DNA of 64,000 nt from Macrostomum lignano. Taxonomy: Eukaryota. The notes beneath the pieces are model-generated. The model did not search any database, was not told the DNA's origin, and saw only the letters and a program-made list of their open reading frames with translations. Below, piece after piece: positions 36,901 through 49,876 of this stretch. The stretch lies in NCBI GenBank assembly GCA_002269645.1, contig NIVC01000583.1:248001-312000 (forward strand), read 5' to 3'. Each line of letters starts with the position of its first letter. Position 1 is the first letter of the stretch. A program made the translations under genes and the position numbers.

Positions 36901-37441
36901 GAATCATAGGGAGTGGAGTGAATCATGGGTAGCGGAGTGAATCATAGGGAGCGGAGTGAATCATAGGGAGCGGAGTGAATCATAGGGAGCGGAGTGAATC
37001 ACAGGGAGCGGAGTGAATCATGGGGATCGGAGTGAATCACAGGGATCGGAGTGAATCATGGAGAGCAAGCGCACTTACGGTGACAACAAAGAAGGTGAAC
37101 TTGCACAGAGCGGCCCCCAGAAGCCAGGCGTCGACGACGTACTGCAGGGTGGTGATCGGCACGGTCAGGGTGAGGAACAGCAGGTCGGTGAGTGCCAGGC
37201 CGGTGCAGAAGATCTCGTACACCTGCTTGCTGTCATTGCGCAGCAGCACCACCAGCACGAAGACGTTGGCGGCCACCCCGATGATGTCAACGCTGATGAA
37301 AAGCGTGACGGCCAGCACCATGTAGGGATCCAGATGGTCGCCACTCGCCTCGCCTCCATCGGCCGTCATGTTTCCCAGCGCAGCCACGGTGGTTGCGTTA
37401 TCAAAGATCAGCTGCGGCTGCAGAGCTGCGGTAGCTGGCAT
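33992..37441 (-). CDS. Class A neuropeptide GPCR, galanin/allatostatin-A receptor-like, ~396 aa, 4 coding exons
   Basis: Exons 37441-37079, 36294-36162, 35074-34875 and 34486-33992 join in frame over GT-AG introns (phases 0, 1, 0). Motifs: TM1 GVAANVFV, TM2 LALTDLLF..TVP, ECL1 W.LG..LCKF, TM3 CSRFLAVVHP, TM5 YVLP, TM6 ICWLP, TM7 SCCVNPIVY. The exon-3 donor (GAG/GTTCGT) was chosen by frame. Confidence 0.9.
34535..34805. repeat. 39-bp minisatellite in GPCR intron 3
   Basis: TCCCCAAATATCCCATAGTCTGTTAGCATCACAGCATCCAAA-type units, ~6-7 copies. Confidence 0.95.
35718..35935. repeat. 15-bp minisatellite (TCATGAGATGACYGC) in GPCR intron 2
   Basis: About 14 units. Confidence 0.95.
36360..37058. repeat. 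20-bp minisatellite (GAGCGGAGTGAATCATAGGG) filling most of GPCR intron 1
   Basis: About 34 units. Confidence 0.95.
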
Positions 37442-38139
37442 ACTTTCAGAATGCTTTTTGTTCTTCAGCTTCGACGGGTTTTGGTGAAGAATTTGTCTGC
37501 TCTGTCAGGAATGCGAGGCGGCTGACGGCTTTTTTAGCCAGAGCGCTGCAGAGCCGGCATTGGACCAGCTTCGAGGCCAATGGCATCCTTTCAGAGGCAT
37601 GCCTGTTCTGTAGAAAAGTGCATTGGCGAGATTGAAAGCTTGCAGCTGCTTTCGCACAAAACTAACCGCATTCCATTTTCTGAACGTCCAAGTTGCAAAT
37701 CGAGGAGAAGTTTTTGTGTTTTGTTCGAGATTAATAATTTTGTCTAATTGATAATAAAGGATCTCAGAAGGCCTGTGGACACCCTGGCGCAATGCCCGGA
37801 ACATAAAGTATACATTCGATAAAAAACACACACTCGTCTCATTTTGATATTTGGAATTCGAAACGATCCGATATTATAAATTTAGTGCCAAAAATTTGTT
37901 TATTCATGCAAGAAAATAAAAACTTTAATATTTTCCAAATTGTTTTCTTCAATAATGCGTCCCATTATTCAAGAGATTCAAGAGAAATTGCGAATGCAGA
38001 GACGATCTCGATATGAAAGACTGAAATCTCTGGTCCGGAAATCAACGAAAAAATCAACGAAGCAGATCAGGAAAGGGTAACAACTCCTTCTTCAGAGAGC
38101 AGAGTAGCAGAGATTGAGATCAGAAGCATACATCCATTC

Positions 38140-38778
38140 ACGTGAATCCAGTCGCGTGAATCAAGTCGCATGAATCCAGTCGCGTGAATCCAGTCGCGTG
38201 AATCCAGTCGCATGAATCCAGTCGCGTGAATCCAGTCGCGTGAATCCAGTCCCATGAATCCAGTCGCGTGAATCCAGTCGCGTGAATCCAGTCGCGTGAA
38301 TCCAGTCGCGTGAATCCAGTCGCGTGAATCCATTCACATGAATCCAGTCGCGTGAATCCAGTCGCATGAATCCATTCGCGTGAATCCAGTCGCATGAATC
38401 CATTCGCGTGAATCCAGTCGCATGAATCCATTCGCATGAATCTAGTCGCGTGAATCCAGTCGCGTGAATCCAGTCGCGTGAATCCAGTCGCGTGAATCCA
38501 TTCGCGTGAATCCAGTCGCGTGAATCCAGTCGCATGAATCCAGTCACGTGAATCCAGTCGCGTGAATCCAGTCGCATGAATCCATTCGCGTGAATCCAGT
38601 CGCGTGAATCCAGTCGCGTGAATCCAGTCGCGTGAATCCAGTCGCATGAATCCAGTCGCGTGAATCCAGTCGCATGAATCCAGTCGCGTGAATCCAGTCA
38701 CATGAATCCAGTCGCGTGAATCCAGTCGCGTGAATCCAGTCGCGTGAATCCAGTCGCGTGAATCCAGTCGCGTGAATC
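38140..38778. repeat. 14-bp minisatellite (TCCAGTCGCGTGAA)
   Basis: About 45 units. Confidence 0.96.
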
Positions 38779-39824
38779 CTTTCGCTCGGATTCTGATCAC
38801 CGGAAAATGTAGCTGCTGAATGATTTTAAAAGACGAGATAAAATCAATAACCAGTTTAGTGAGACGGTTTGGGCGGATAGAGAATAATTCCTTTGTCTGA
38901 AATTATTAAAATAGATAAGACTAAAATAGATTAAAATAAGATTAAAATAAGATAAAAATAGATTGCGTCAGTCCAGATATGGAAGAGTCAGTACGTCAGG
39001 CATCATTTACTAGCTAGACTAATTTTTCTATTAAACAAGGGCTGCGTTGTCTGAAAAATGCGATTGCTTGCACTGTAGTCACGTGACTACAGCACTCTAC
39101 TGTAGTGCTCTCAAAATGAGTATCATTTATAGCAATCAGCGCCCCCATATAGGGAGCCATCAAAGAATGGAATACAATTTTTTTAATAAACTACATGTAG
39201 CTTCTCTTTGCTATAACATCAGTAATCCCTTGTGAGCCTTGGCATCTCTGCTATTCCCTCATAAGCCTTGAATTCTGAAAAACCATGTCAACCTTGAAAT
39301 CCGCCTAACCCTAACCCTAAAGCTTCGAAATCTCAGCAGTTTTCCCCCGTAAGCCTTGACATTTTAGTAATTCTCCCCAAGAGTCCCAGAATTACATATA
39401 TAGTGATTCCCTATAAACCTTGACATCGTAGCAATTCCCAAATTAATATTTCAACTTTCGACATGACGCTTCTTCTAACGATCTTTCAAATACAAACACT
39501 ACGAGCTCGTAGTTAGACTTTTCTATGATTATATGAAGCGAAATTCATAATTAATGAGATATTTTTGTATAGTTCGCCTTCTGTCAAAATAATAATAATA
39601 CCCCAGCTTTCTCCGATACGTCATTGTTAATTTAAATGATGAAAAAATGCCACTTCTTTCTAATTACCTTTGTTGCTCTAATGCAAGCATGACGGTTACT
39701 TATTTAAACGCAGCTTTTTAAACAATCTTAACCGGTTCAAATCAAGAGCTTTTTGCATTGGTTTACCGACTATTCGTAGCTATTCCGATTTTTCCTTGAC
39801 ATCAAATTTTAGGAATAGAAATAA

Positions 39825-39855
39825 CAAGGACCACTAGAACTTCTGGTGGTCCTTG
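39825..39855. mobile_element. 31-bp minimal derivative of the CAAGGACCACTAG TIR transposon
   Basis: CAAGGACCACTAGAA-C-TTCTGGTGGTCCTTG with perfect 8-bp TSD AGAAATAA (39817-39824, 39856-39863). Same termini as 6864-7779. Confidence 0.85.
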
Positions 39856-40964
39856 AGAAATAAAAAAACAAAAAGTACATATTTTTAACCGAGAAATCCA
39901 TTGGTTTTCACCTGTTAATTGCAGTGTGCCTTACAGTTTGCTGGTTTTGTTGAATGCTGTATTGTTGATATCAATATAAAAACGCTGCCATATGATAGCT
40001 AATTGAAGTGATTTGTTTATTTCATTAGCAGCAAACAAGAGAGCCTATGGCCTCCTGTATCATCAAGAGAAAAGTGCAACTCAGAAACGCCATACACTTC
40101 AATTTCCATTAGTGTATCGATGTACACAAATGGCGACGACCTGGTGAGAGAAAAATGCACAGAAAAGTGTCACTTCTCTAAAACAGTACTGGCCTCTTAT
40201 TCATAGAATTCATCTAGGACATCCACATGTTGCAGCCCAGATCATATAAGAGCCAGGGCACAATTGATTAAATTCTGATAGAATTTCTGGAGGATCCGTG
40301 CGGCTTGCCTTGGACACTCACACAGTGTGCACTTCATGTAGCCTGGCCAACACCGAACCGTTCGATGGAAGCTGGCCTGGAGGTGTAAGGAACGGATTGA
40401 CAACTTGCACGAGCTTAGGTCCCATATTGAGCGTTTGAAAGAGAAGTAAAAGAGAGTCTAAAATATGAAGCTCCATGCAATGCATAAAAAGCTCTACTGG
40501 CCAATTTATCTGAGCTGCGAAAGCTTTTAATATGACAGCCGGTTTCTGCATGACAGTTTCATCAATTTTGCCAGTTAATTTGCAAATCCATGTCAATCGG
40601 GAGTAGACGGCTTGGGACCAAGATTTGATAAATTATATAACATACGATGTGTGCATAGGGTAAGTGCATGCGAAGTGAAGGCTGCATAAGAGAGATAGCA
40701 TAATCAGGAATTACAGGCGGATATTGATGATGCGCTCCAACTGTAGTCCTAATCGATAACTTTCTTAGAAATAAGGGTGCAGGCAAAAAGTGCTCCTGCA
40801 GTGACCACGTCTGAAGCAGGCCAGATGTGCGTGGCAGCCAAAACTCAGTTGCTGCAATTGCGATTTGTAGTAAAGTACATGTACTATAGCAGTCAGCACC
40901 CCGTTGGGCAGCCAACAAAGAATGCAATAATTTTCTTAATGCACTACATTTAGTTTCTGACGAT

Positions 40965-41370
40965 AGCCTTGACATCTCAGCAATTCTCAGTAAGCCTTGA
41001 CATCTCAGCAATTCCCTCAGCAAGCCTTGACATCTCAGCAATTCCATCTGTAAGCCTTGACATCTCAGCAATTCCCTCAGCAAGCCTTGACATCTCAGCA
41101 ATTCCCTCAGCAAGCCTTGACATCTCAGCAATTCCCTCAGCAAGCCTTGACATCTCAGCAATTCCATCTGTAAGCCTTGACATCTCAGCAATTCCCTCAG
41201 CAAGCCTTGACATCTCAGCAATTCCCTCAGCAAGCCTTGACATCTCAGAAATTCCCTCAGCAAGCCTTGACATCTCAGCAATTCCATCTGTAAGCCTTGA
41301 CATCTCAGCAATTCCCTCTGTAAGCCTTGACATCTCAGCAATTCCATCTGTAAGCCTTGAAATCTCAGCA
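40965..41370. repeat. 30-bp minisatellite (GCAAGCCTTGACATCTCAGCAATTCCCTCA)
   Basis: About 13 units. Confidence 0.95.
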
Positions 41371-41763
41371 GAATATCAGAGACACTATAATCTCTTAAAC
41401 ATATTTAAGATTCCACCTCGTAACCAGTGTTCAACTTTTCTCAGATCTCAGAGCAGGTGACGCAGGATCCAGGGGTCATGGCGCGAGAGTCTGCAGATGC
41501 GTTTAGCGTGGGGCTGCTCAGATCCCTTGTGCATCCAAGCAAGCATTAGGCGTGCTGCAGGAGCTGGTCTAATTAACATTCCACAATGGCCAGCGGCTAG
41601 AAGAATTGCCTGTTACATAGCAGCTACCTGATTACTACGGGAATTCCTTTAAACAAGCGAATAGGTGGGCAGACAAGCGTAATTAGCTGTACATGTACAG
41701 TGGATATAGCAAGCCATGCGTTCTGTCAGTTCTGTAGCTATGGACACCACGGATATTGCTGCT

Positions 41764-42145
41764 AGCACTGAGGAGATTGGAGGCCCATCTCTGTGCATTG
41801 GGGACGGCTAGCACTGAGGAGATTGGAGGCCCATCTCTGTGCATTGGGAGCGGCTAGCACTGAGGAGATTGGAGGCCCATCTCTGTGCATTGGGGACGGC
41901 TAGCACTGAGGAGATTGGAGGCCCATCTCTGTGCATTGGGGACGGCTAGCACTGAGGAGATTGGAGGCCCATCTCTGTGCATTGGGGACGGCTAGCACTG
42001 AGGAGATTGGAGGCCCATCTCTGTGCATTGGGGACGGCTAGCACTGAGGAGATTGGAGGCCCATCTCTGTGCATTGGGGACGGCTAGCACTGAGGAGATT
42101 GGAGGCCCATCTCTGTGCATTGGGGACGGCTAGCACTGAGGAGAT
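41764..42145. repeat. 46-bp minisatellite (AGCACTGAGGAGATTGGAGGCCCATCTCTGTGCATTGGGGACGGCT)
   Basis: About 8 near-identical units. Confidence 0.96.
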
Positions 42146-42242
42146 TGTCGAAGACACTGGTGGCAAGGACAACAAACACTACACTGTATAAACCTTTATG
42201 GTAAATCCATATTGGCTCAATAATCTGGGTCCATCTGTCGTA

Positions 42243-43330
42243 GAGGCTTTTGTTCTCAGCACTCCAGGCCCCAGGGTCCTCCTCATCACCGTCTGGAGCA
42301 ACTGCGGCGACCGTCGGGACCTTCAACAAAAGCACCGATCGGCATCTCAGAGGCGGCTGCGTTCCCAAAACTGAAATGGAATTCTTCCTCTTCTGCATGC
42401 AGCATTCAGTCAGTAGACACAATCGGTCAATGAAATGGACGATGGCGACCCTCTAGGCTGATCTGTAGACATACAGGCGACCTTCGGGACCTTCAACGGA
42501 GTGCCACCTTGCGGCCCTGACGAGCTGGCACCCCCAACATCGTGATTTTTTTATCAAGGCACCAAACCAGGCATGTCTGCGTATTATACAATGCATTTGC
42601 ACCATGTTAAATTCGAAACTGCCAAACATCGTCAGCGGACTGCCGCAACGGACAAGCTCTACGGCATCCGACGCCTGTGGGACACCTTTGTCAGTCAGCT
42701 GCGCCATCCTGTCCTTTTCGGGCCTACCTCTGCGTCGAAAAAACTCTGGTTGTCTACTGGGGTGTGAACTGTGACTTCACGGTCTTTCTGAAGGAGAAGC
42801 CCGGTCTTCTTAAGACCGAGACCGAGAGAAGCCCGGTCTTCTTCTTCTTCCATTCGGGTGCGCTCGGGCCAGGGCCCATGGCACCGGGCGTCAGATGGCG
42901 CCCGCCTTCCCGAGGAAGCAACACCGCGGTGCAGTTCTCGGAAATTGTCGCGGGATCCGGGCTTGGCCCCAACGGTCGCAATGGTAAATCTGCACTGGCA
43001 AAGGGCACTGCTGTCCACTACTTTTGCATCACAGGAATCCGATGCTCGGCTGGCCAATGGCTCAGAGGTGTGGAGTGGTGAGCAAGTTGTTTGCCACTTG
43101 GCTGATCCATTCAGAGGACACTGGCACAGCATCACATGTGACAGATTCTTCTCGAGTCCTGCGCTGGCCAATCACTTGTACCGAGAAATGGGATTCACGT
43201 TTCTTGGAACAGTGATGCGCACTCGTGGTGGCCTGCCATCCGATCTCAAGAATTCAACTCAAACCATGGCTCCACACACGAGCGAATTCCGGTTTTCTGA
43301 GGAGCTCACGTGTGTGTCCTACTGCCTGTT
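42243..43330 (+). pseudogene. piggyBac (PGBD-type) transposase pseudogene
   Basis: Frameshifted motifs ATDKLYGIRRLWDTFV, LCVEKTLVVYWG..CDFTVFLKEKPG and SITCDRFFSSPALANHL....FTFLGTVMRTRGGLP, matching the PGBD DKL..IR / VDE / TxDN.F.S / GTVR motifs. Confidence 0.88.
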
Positions 43331-43354
43331 CAGATCCTTCTGCTCTGAATTTGC

Positions 43355-43575
43355 TGTATTATCATTTTTGACATGCTTGTAATATCATTTTTGACATGCT
43401 GTATTATCATTTTTGACATGCTGTAATATCATTTTTGACATGCTGTAATATCATTTTTGACATGCTGTATTATCATTTTTGACATGCTGTAATATCATTT
43501 TTGACATGCTTGTAATATCATTTTTGACATGCTGTAATATCATTTTTGAAATAATGTAATATCATTTTTGACAAA
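43355..43575. repeat. ~22-bp minisatellite (TATCATTTTTGACATGCTGTAA)
   Basis: About 9 units, truncating the piggyBac remnant. Confidence 0.93.
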
Positions 43576-43620
43576 TTAAATATTTTATTTTTTAGTCGCC
43601 AGTTAAATCTGTAACTCTCC

Positions 43621-44180
43621 AATTTAACATGGTGCAAATGCATTTTATAATATGCAGACATGCCTGGTTTGGTGCCTTGATAGAAAAATCACGATGTTGG
43701 GGGTGCCAGCTCATCAGGGCCGCAAGGTGGCACTCCGTTGAAGGTCCCGAAGGTCGCCTGTATGTCTACAGGTCAGCCTAGAGGGTCGCCATCGTCTATT
43801 TCATTCACCGATTGTGTCTACTGACTGAATTCTGCATGCAGAAGAGGATTCTTCCATTTCAGTTTTGGGAACGCAGCCGTCTCTGAGATGCCGATCGGTG
43901 CTTTTGTTGAAGGTCCCGACGGTCGCCGCCGTTGCTCCAGACGGTGATGAAGAGGACCCTGGGGTGTGGGACGCTGAGAAAAAGGCCTCACGACCGATAT
44001 GCAGTTTGTTGAGCCGACGTGGTTTCATGATGAGATTTTGTGAGCAGAAAAATTTTGCCAATGTTGGTGGTTTTTGCCACCAGCACCCCGAGGAAAATCG
44101 TTGAATATCTCGACGATGCCAATTTTTCGTGATTCTCGAAGTTGCTTCATCAAATAGAGCGGAAATTTTTAGCCCGTGTT
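43621..44180 (-). mobile_element. Inverted second copy of the piggyBac 5' region including its subterminal sequence
   Basis: 43621-43988 is the reverse complement of 42243-42613 with scattered substitutions. 44094-44180 resembles the arms of the MITE at 2655-3412. Confidence 0.8.
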
Positions 44181-44979
44181 CTGGATTTTCATGGCAATTG
44201 GTTGAATATTCTTGGAGATACAGACAAAGTAAAAATGTGTGGATTTGAAATACACCCCATGGTCTTTCTACTGTTAATGAGAATCACTCGATCAGTATTT
44301 GGCTTAGGATTTTCAAGAGGCCCAGGCAGGCAAGGACTTACAGTGATGACGCTCATAGATTGCACTTGTAATGCAAAACCCCATTGAAATGTTCAGGTGG
44401 GGATGAAGCACTATACTGTGTGCATCATCATCTAATTGGACAATTTTTCGGTCATCTGCGCCTGGAGATACACTGCGTTCGAATACAAATCACTAACAAA
44501 TGTAGAACAGAAGGCTGCCTTAACAAATCATTTAGACAAACAGGTGATCTAGCTTGGTTCGCTGAAGCAGCAGCGACAGAAGCAAATAATTTGAGAGTTA
44601 CACACGCCTCTGAAAGAAGAAAATCAATCAGCCAAGAGTAAATATACAGCTTAGACAAAAATGAGGCGCTTTCATTTGCATTTACTGGAAAAGATTGAAG
44701 GCAGATGGCGAGTGCTTCACGCTTCTTCCATCAAGCTATGATTTCCTTGCATAGCTATAAAACTTAACAAAATGGAGAAAGTACCTTTTAATAAGCACGG
44801 CATTGTACTTGCTTTTAGTTTTGCTTTTCTGCAGAAACCGGAGACCAAAGCAAGTAAAGATAAGTATGCACATAAAATGAAGTTTTTATGAGCTCCATTT
44901 CGAATTTTGAATAAATACAATGTGCAACTTCAAGTTTCAAAGGTTTCTAAAGTTTTATAACTCGAGCCATCTCTGGAGA

Positions 44980-46340
44980 GTTTCAACCAGTCGGAGGAAC
45001 TGGATAGGTGGCGGTGACCCAGCGACTGAGGATCTGGGAGGGTTGCAGTGGCCCAGGAACTGAGGATGCGGGAGGGTTGCGGTGCCTAGAAACTGAGAAT
45101 CTGGGAGGGTAGCCCAGCAATTGAAGATCTGGGAAGCTGGTCTGGCCCACCAACTGAGGATCTGGGAGGCTGGCCCAGACACTGAGGATCTGGGAGGCTG
45201 GCCCAGACACTGAGGATCTGGGAGGCTGGCCCAGACACTGAGGATCTGAGGCTGGCATAGCAATTGAGGATCTGGGAAGCTGGTCTGGCCCACCAACTGA
45301 GGATCTGGGAGGCTGGCCCAGACACTGAGGATCTGGGAGGCTGGCCCAGACACTGAGGATCTGGGAGGCTGGCCCAGACACTGAGGATCTGAGGCTGGCA
45401 TAGCAATTGAGGATCTGGGAAGCTGGTCTGGCCCACCAACTGAGGATCTGGGAGGCTGGCCCAGACACTGAGGATCTGGGAGGCTGGCCCAGACACTGAG
45501 GATCTGGGAGGCTGGCCCAGACACTGAGGATCTGGGAGGCTGGCCCAGACACTGAGGATCTGGGAGGCTGGCCCAGACACTGAGGATCTGAGGCTGGCAT
45601 AGCAATTGAGGATCTGGGAAGCTGGTCTGGCCCACCAACTGAGGATCTGGGAGGCTGGCCCAGACACTGCGAGGATCTGGGAGGCTGGCCCAGACACTGA
45701 GGATCTCAGAGGGTGGCGACGGTCCAGCAACTGAGGATCTCGAAGGGTGGTCCTGCAAATGAGGATCTCGGAGGGTGGTCCAGCAACTGAGGATCTCGGA
45801 GGGTGGTCCAGCAACTGAGGATCTCGGAGGGTGGTCCAGCAACTGAGGATCTCGGAGGGTGGTCCAGCAACTGAGGATCTCGGAGGGTGGTCCAGCAACT
45901 GAGGATCTGGGAGGGTGGCGACGGCCCAGCAACTGAGGATCTGGGAGGGTGGCGACGGCCCAGCAACTGAGGATCTGGGAGGGTGGCGACGGCCCAGCAA
46001 CTGAGGATCTGGGAGGCTGGCGGTGGTACAGCAACTGAGGATCTGGGAGGGTGGCGACGGCCCAGCAACTGAGGATCTGGGAGGCTGGCGGTGGTACAGC
46101 AACTGAGGATCAGGGAGGGTGGCGACGGCCCAGCAACTGAGGATCTCGGAGGGTGGCGGTGGCCCAGCAACTGAGGATCTGGGAGGGTGGCGGTGGCCCA
46201 GCAACTGAGGATCTGGGAGGGTGGCGACGGCCCAGCAACTGAGGATCTGGGAGGGTGGCGACGGCCCAACAACTGAGGATCTGGGAGGGTGGCGACGGCC
46301 CAACAACTGAGGATCTGGGAGGGTGGCGACGGCCCAACAA
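44980..46340. repeat. Composite minisatellite with core ACTGAGGATCTGGGAGG (about 27-34-bp variant blocks)
   Basis: Blocks of ...GCTGGCCCAGAC, ...GTGGTCCAGCA and ...GTGGCGACGGCCCAGCA variants. Confidence 0.95.
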
Positions 46341-47094
46341 CTGTTTTGAAATAAATGCCCGAGTCAAAAAGGCGCCAGAAGCGGCAACAGCAACTTGAAA
46401 GAAAAGTATTCAACAAATAAACAGACAGAGGCTCGGACAAGCCGCGTGTTCGTTACGACGACCAAATCGAGTGTAATTCGCAAACGAAGCAACGTTTTCA
46501 AAAAGAAAAGTCTGTCTTGGACAGGACTTTGCCGCTTTAATCTAAAGCTTTTTTTCAAAACCTAGTTCATAAAATCCGGCCGATTTATAATATTGACGGC
46601 ATACTACTGATTGCAGACGCCGAAAGTAATGCAACGCAGGAAAAATACGCACACAAACGAAGGTGCTATTATTGAATACAGAAAGCTAACGGAGTCAACA
46701 TCAAATGATAATAATGCAACTGAAAACGCAGATGACAGCTCGCGACGAAGCCTAAATAAAAATACAGCAATTCTTGCACTGACTTCCGTCAGCAAAAACG
46801 CCAAACGGAACCCGACTGCGAGGGCTGGCGACACAAATGAAATAATTGATGCATATATAGATTTCAGTGTTTGAATTAATTTTGTCGCATACAAATCACT
46901 AATACATCGCAGTACAGTGAATAAATAAATTATTGAAAGCTTGCCTGCCTTTGAAAGAGAGAAAGTGCACCGCCTAAAACTGTTTGTACTTGAGAATTTG
47001 GGAGATGATGCTTATGGAGGGGAATATATTGTAATGAGTATGACAGATGGATTACTGATGGGGAGATGGAATGTGACAGAGGGATGGAATAGAG

Positions 47095-47280
47095 ATAGAG
47101 GGGATATAATGATGATATAAGGGATATAATGATGATAGAAGGGATATAATGATGATAGAAGGGATATAATGATGATAGAAGGGATATAATGATGATATAA
47201 TGGATATAATGATGATAGAAGGGATATAATGATGATAGAAGGGATATAATAATGATAGAAGGGATATAATGATGATAGAA
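47095..47280. repeat. 20-bp minisatellite (GGGATATAATGATGATAGAA)
   Basis: About 9 units. Confidence 0.94.
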
Positions 47281-47814
47281 TGCGTAGACAAGATTTCAAC
47301 GGAAATCCACACATCTGAGTTGATTAACAATCAGATTACAGAAGACAACGCAGACGCAATGAAAAACCAAAAATTAACGAGTCAAGCAGTCAAATTTCAG
47401 TTTGCATTAAACAATAATAAGTGGAACAGGCATCGCTACACGCACACGCAGAACAGGAATGTGCCTCAACAAAAAAGCTAAAATCGCAGAACAAACAGAC
47501 TACGACAGCTAACCTAGAACTAAGAAAATTAAAATTTCAATTTGAACTTCTGCGTTTTTCCGATAATTGGACAGAGAAAAAAGATTAACAAAAGAATCAA
47601 CAGAGACGCTAGAAAATCGTTTTTTTTTTAAAAACAACAAAAAGCATTGATAGCATGTTATTGCAGCACTTGAAAGTTATGCGTTGCCAAAGGCCTGTCT
47701 CGCAAAAAATATTACGGTTTCTTCTTTTTTATAGACGCACCTTATAGAATGCTTTCACAAGAGAATAAACTTTTAAATTGTTTTATACTGAAGTGAAAAA
47801 CTCGAGACACATTC

Positions 47815-49800
47815 TCAATGGACACAGGACTGGACACGTGGACAATTATTCAATGGACACAGGTGTGGACACATGGACAATTATTCACTGGACACAGGTG
47901 CGGGACACGTGGACAATTATTCAATGGACACAGGTGTGGACACATAGACAATTACTCAATGGACACAGGTGTGGGACACATGGACAATTATTCAATGGAC
48001 ACAGGTGTGGACACATGGACAATTACTCAATGGACACAGGTGTGGGACACATGGACAATTATTCAATGGACACAGGTGTGGACACATGGACAATTATTCA
48101 ATGGACACAGGTGTGGGACACATGGACAATTATTCAATGGACACAGGTGTGGGACACATGGACAATTATTCAATGGACACAGGTGTGGACACATGGACAA
48201 TTATTCAATGAACACAGGTGCGGGACACATGGACAATTATTCACTGGACATATGGACAATTATTCAATGGACACATGGACAATTATTCAATGGACACAGG
48301 TGCGGGACACATGGACAATTATTCACTGGACACAGGTGCGGGACACATGGACAATTATTCACTGGACACAGGTGTGGACACATGGACAATTATTCAATGG
48401 ACACAGGTGTGGACACATGGACAATTATTCAATGGACACATGGACAATTATTCAATGGACACATGTGTGGACACATGGACAATTATTCAATGGACACAGG
48501 TGTGGACACATGGACAATTATTCAATGGACACATGGATAATTATTCAATGGACACAGGTGTGGGACACATGGACAATTATTCAATGGACGCATGGACAAT
48601 TATTCAATGGACACATGGACAATTATTCAATGGACACAGGTGTCGACACATGGACAATTATTCAATGGACACATGGACAATTATTCAATGGACACACGTG
48701 TGGACACATGGACAATTATTCAATGGACGCATGGACAATTATTCAATGGACACAGGTGTGGACACATGGACAATTATTCAATGGACACAGGTGTGGACAC
48801 ATGGACAATTATTCAATGGACGCATGGACAATTATTCAATGGACACAGGTGTGGACACATGGACAATTATTCAATGGACACAGGTGTGGACACATGGACA
48901 ATTATTCAATGGACACAGGTGTGGACACATGGACAATTATTCAATGGACACAGGTGTGGACACATGGACAATTATTCAATGGACACAGGTGTGGACACAT
49001 GGACAATTATTCAATGGACACAGGTGTGGACACATGGACAATTATTCAATGGACACAGGTGTGGACACATGGACAATTATTCAATGGACACAGGTGTGGA
49101 CACATGGACAATTATTCAATGGACACATGGACAATTATTCAATGGACACAGGTGTGGGACACATGGACAATTATTCAATGGACACAGGTGTGGGACACAT
49201 GGACAATTATTCAATGGACACAGGTGTGGACACATGGACAATTATTCAATGGACACATTGACAATTATTCAATGGACACATGTGTGGACACATGGACGAT
49301 TATTCAATGGACGCATGGACAATTATTCAATGGACACATGGACAATTATTCAATGGACACAGGTGTGTATACATGGACAATCATTCAATGGACACATGGA
49401 CAATTATTCAATGGACACAGGTGTGGACACATGGACAATCATTCAATGGACGCATGGACAATTATTCAATGGACACATGTGTGGACACATGGAAAATTAT
49501 TCAATGGACACAGGTGTGGACACATGGACAATTATTCAATGGACACAGGTGTGGACACATGGAAAATTATTCAATGGACACAGGTGTGGACACATGGACA
49601 ATTATTCAATGGACACAGGTGTGGACACATGGACAATTATTCAATGGACACAGATGTGGACACATGGACAATTATTCAATGGACACAGACGTAGACACAT
49701 TGATAATTATTTAATGGACACATGAATGGACACAATAAAGACTTGCTCAATGGACACACGGGAGGACACAAAATATTTAGTAGACACACAAGTGGACTCA
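47815..49800. repeat. Modular ~24-35-bp minisatellite (GGACACAGGTGTGGACACATGGACAATTATTCAAT), ~2 kb
   Basis: Tandem units with and without the GGACACAGGTGT module. Ends ~80 bp from the CTR1 stop. Confidence 0.96.
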
Positions 49801-49876
49801 AAAACTTACATTCAGTGGACACAGTTCAGTTCAGGACGTACAATTCCCACTACATCCAAGCGGTCACAAAAAAGCC

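Noticed and set aside
39303-39320. Telomere-like CTAACCCTAACCCTA
   Set aside because: Only about two units, which can occur by chance.
40200-40960. Possible L1/Tx1 C-terminal zinc-knuckle remnant (YMKCTLCES) on the minus strand
   Set aside because: The motif is incomplete, surrounded by stops, and has no supporting RT or endonuclease motif on that strand.
42140-42245. Possible host exon (WTQIIEPIWIYHKGLYSVVFVVLATSVFDNL) on the minus strand
   Set aside because: No family recognised and no partner exons found. It lies between an array and a transposon remnant.
47815-49800. CRISPR-like appearance of arrays with ~28-46-bp units
   Set aside because: Units are directly adjacent with no unique spacers, there are no cas genes, and the context is eukaryotic with spliced genes.
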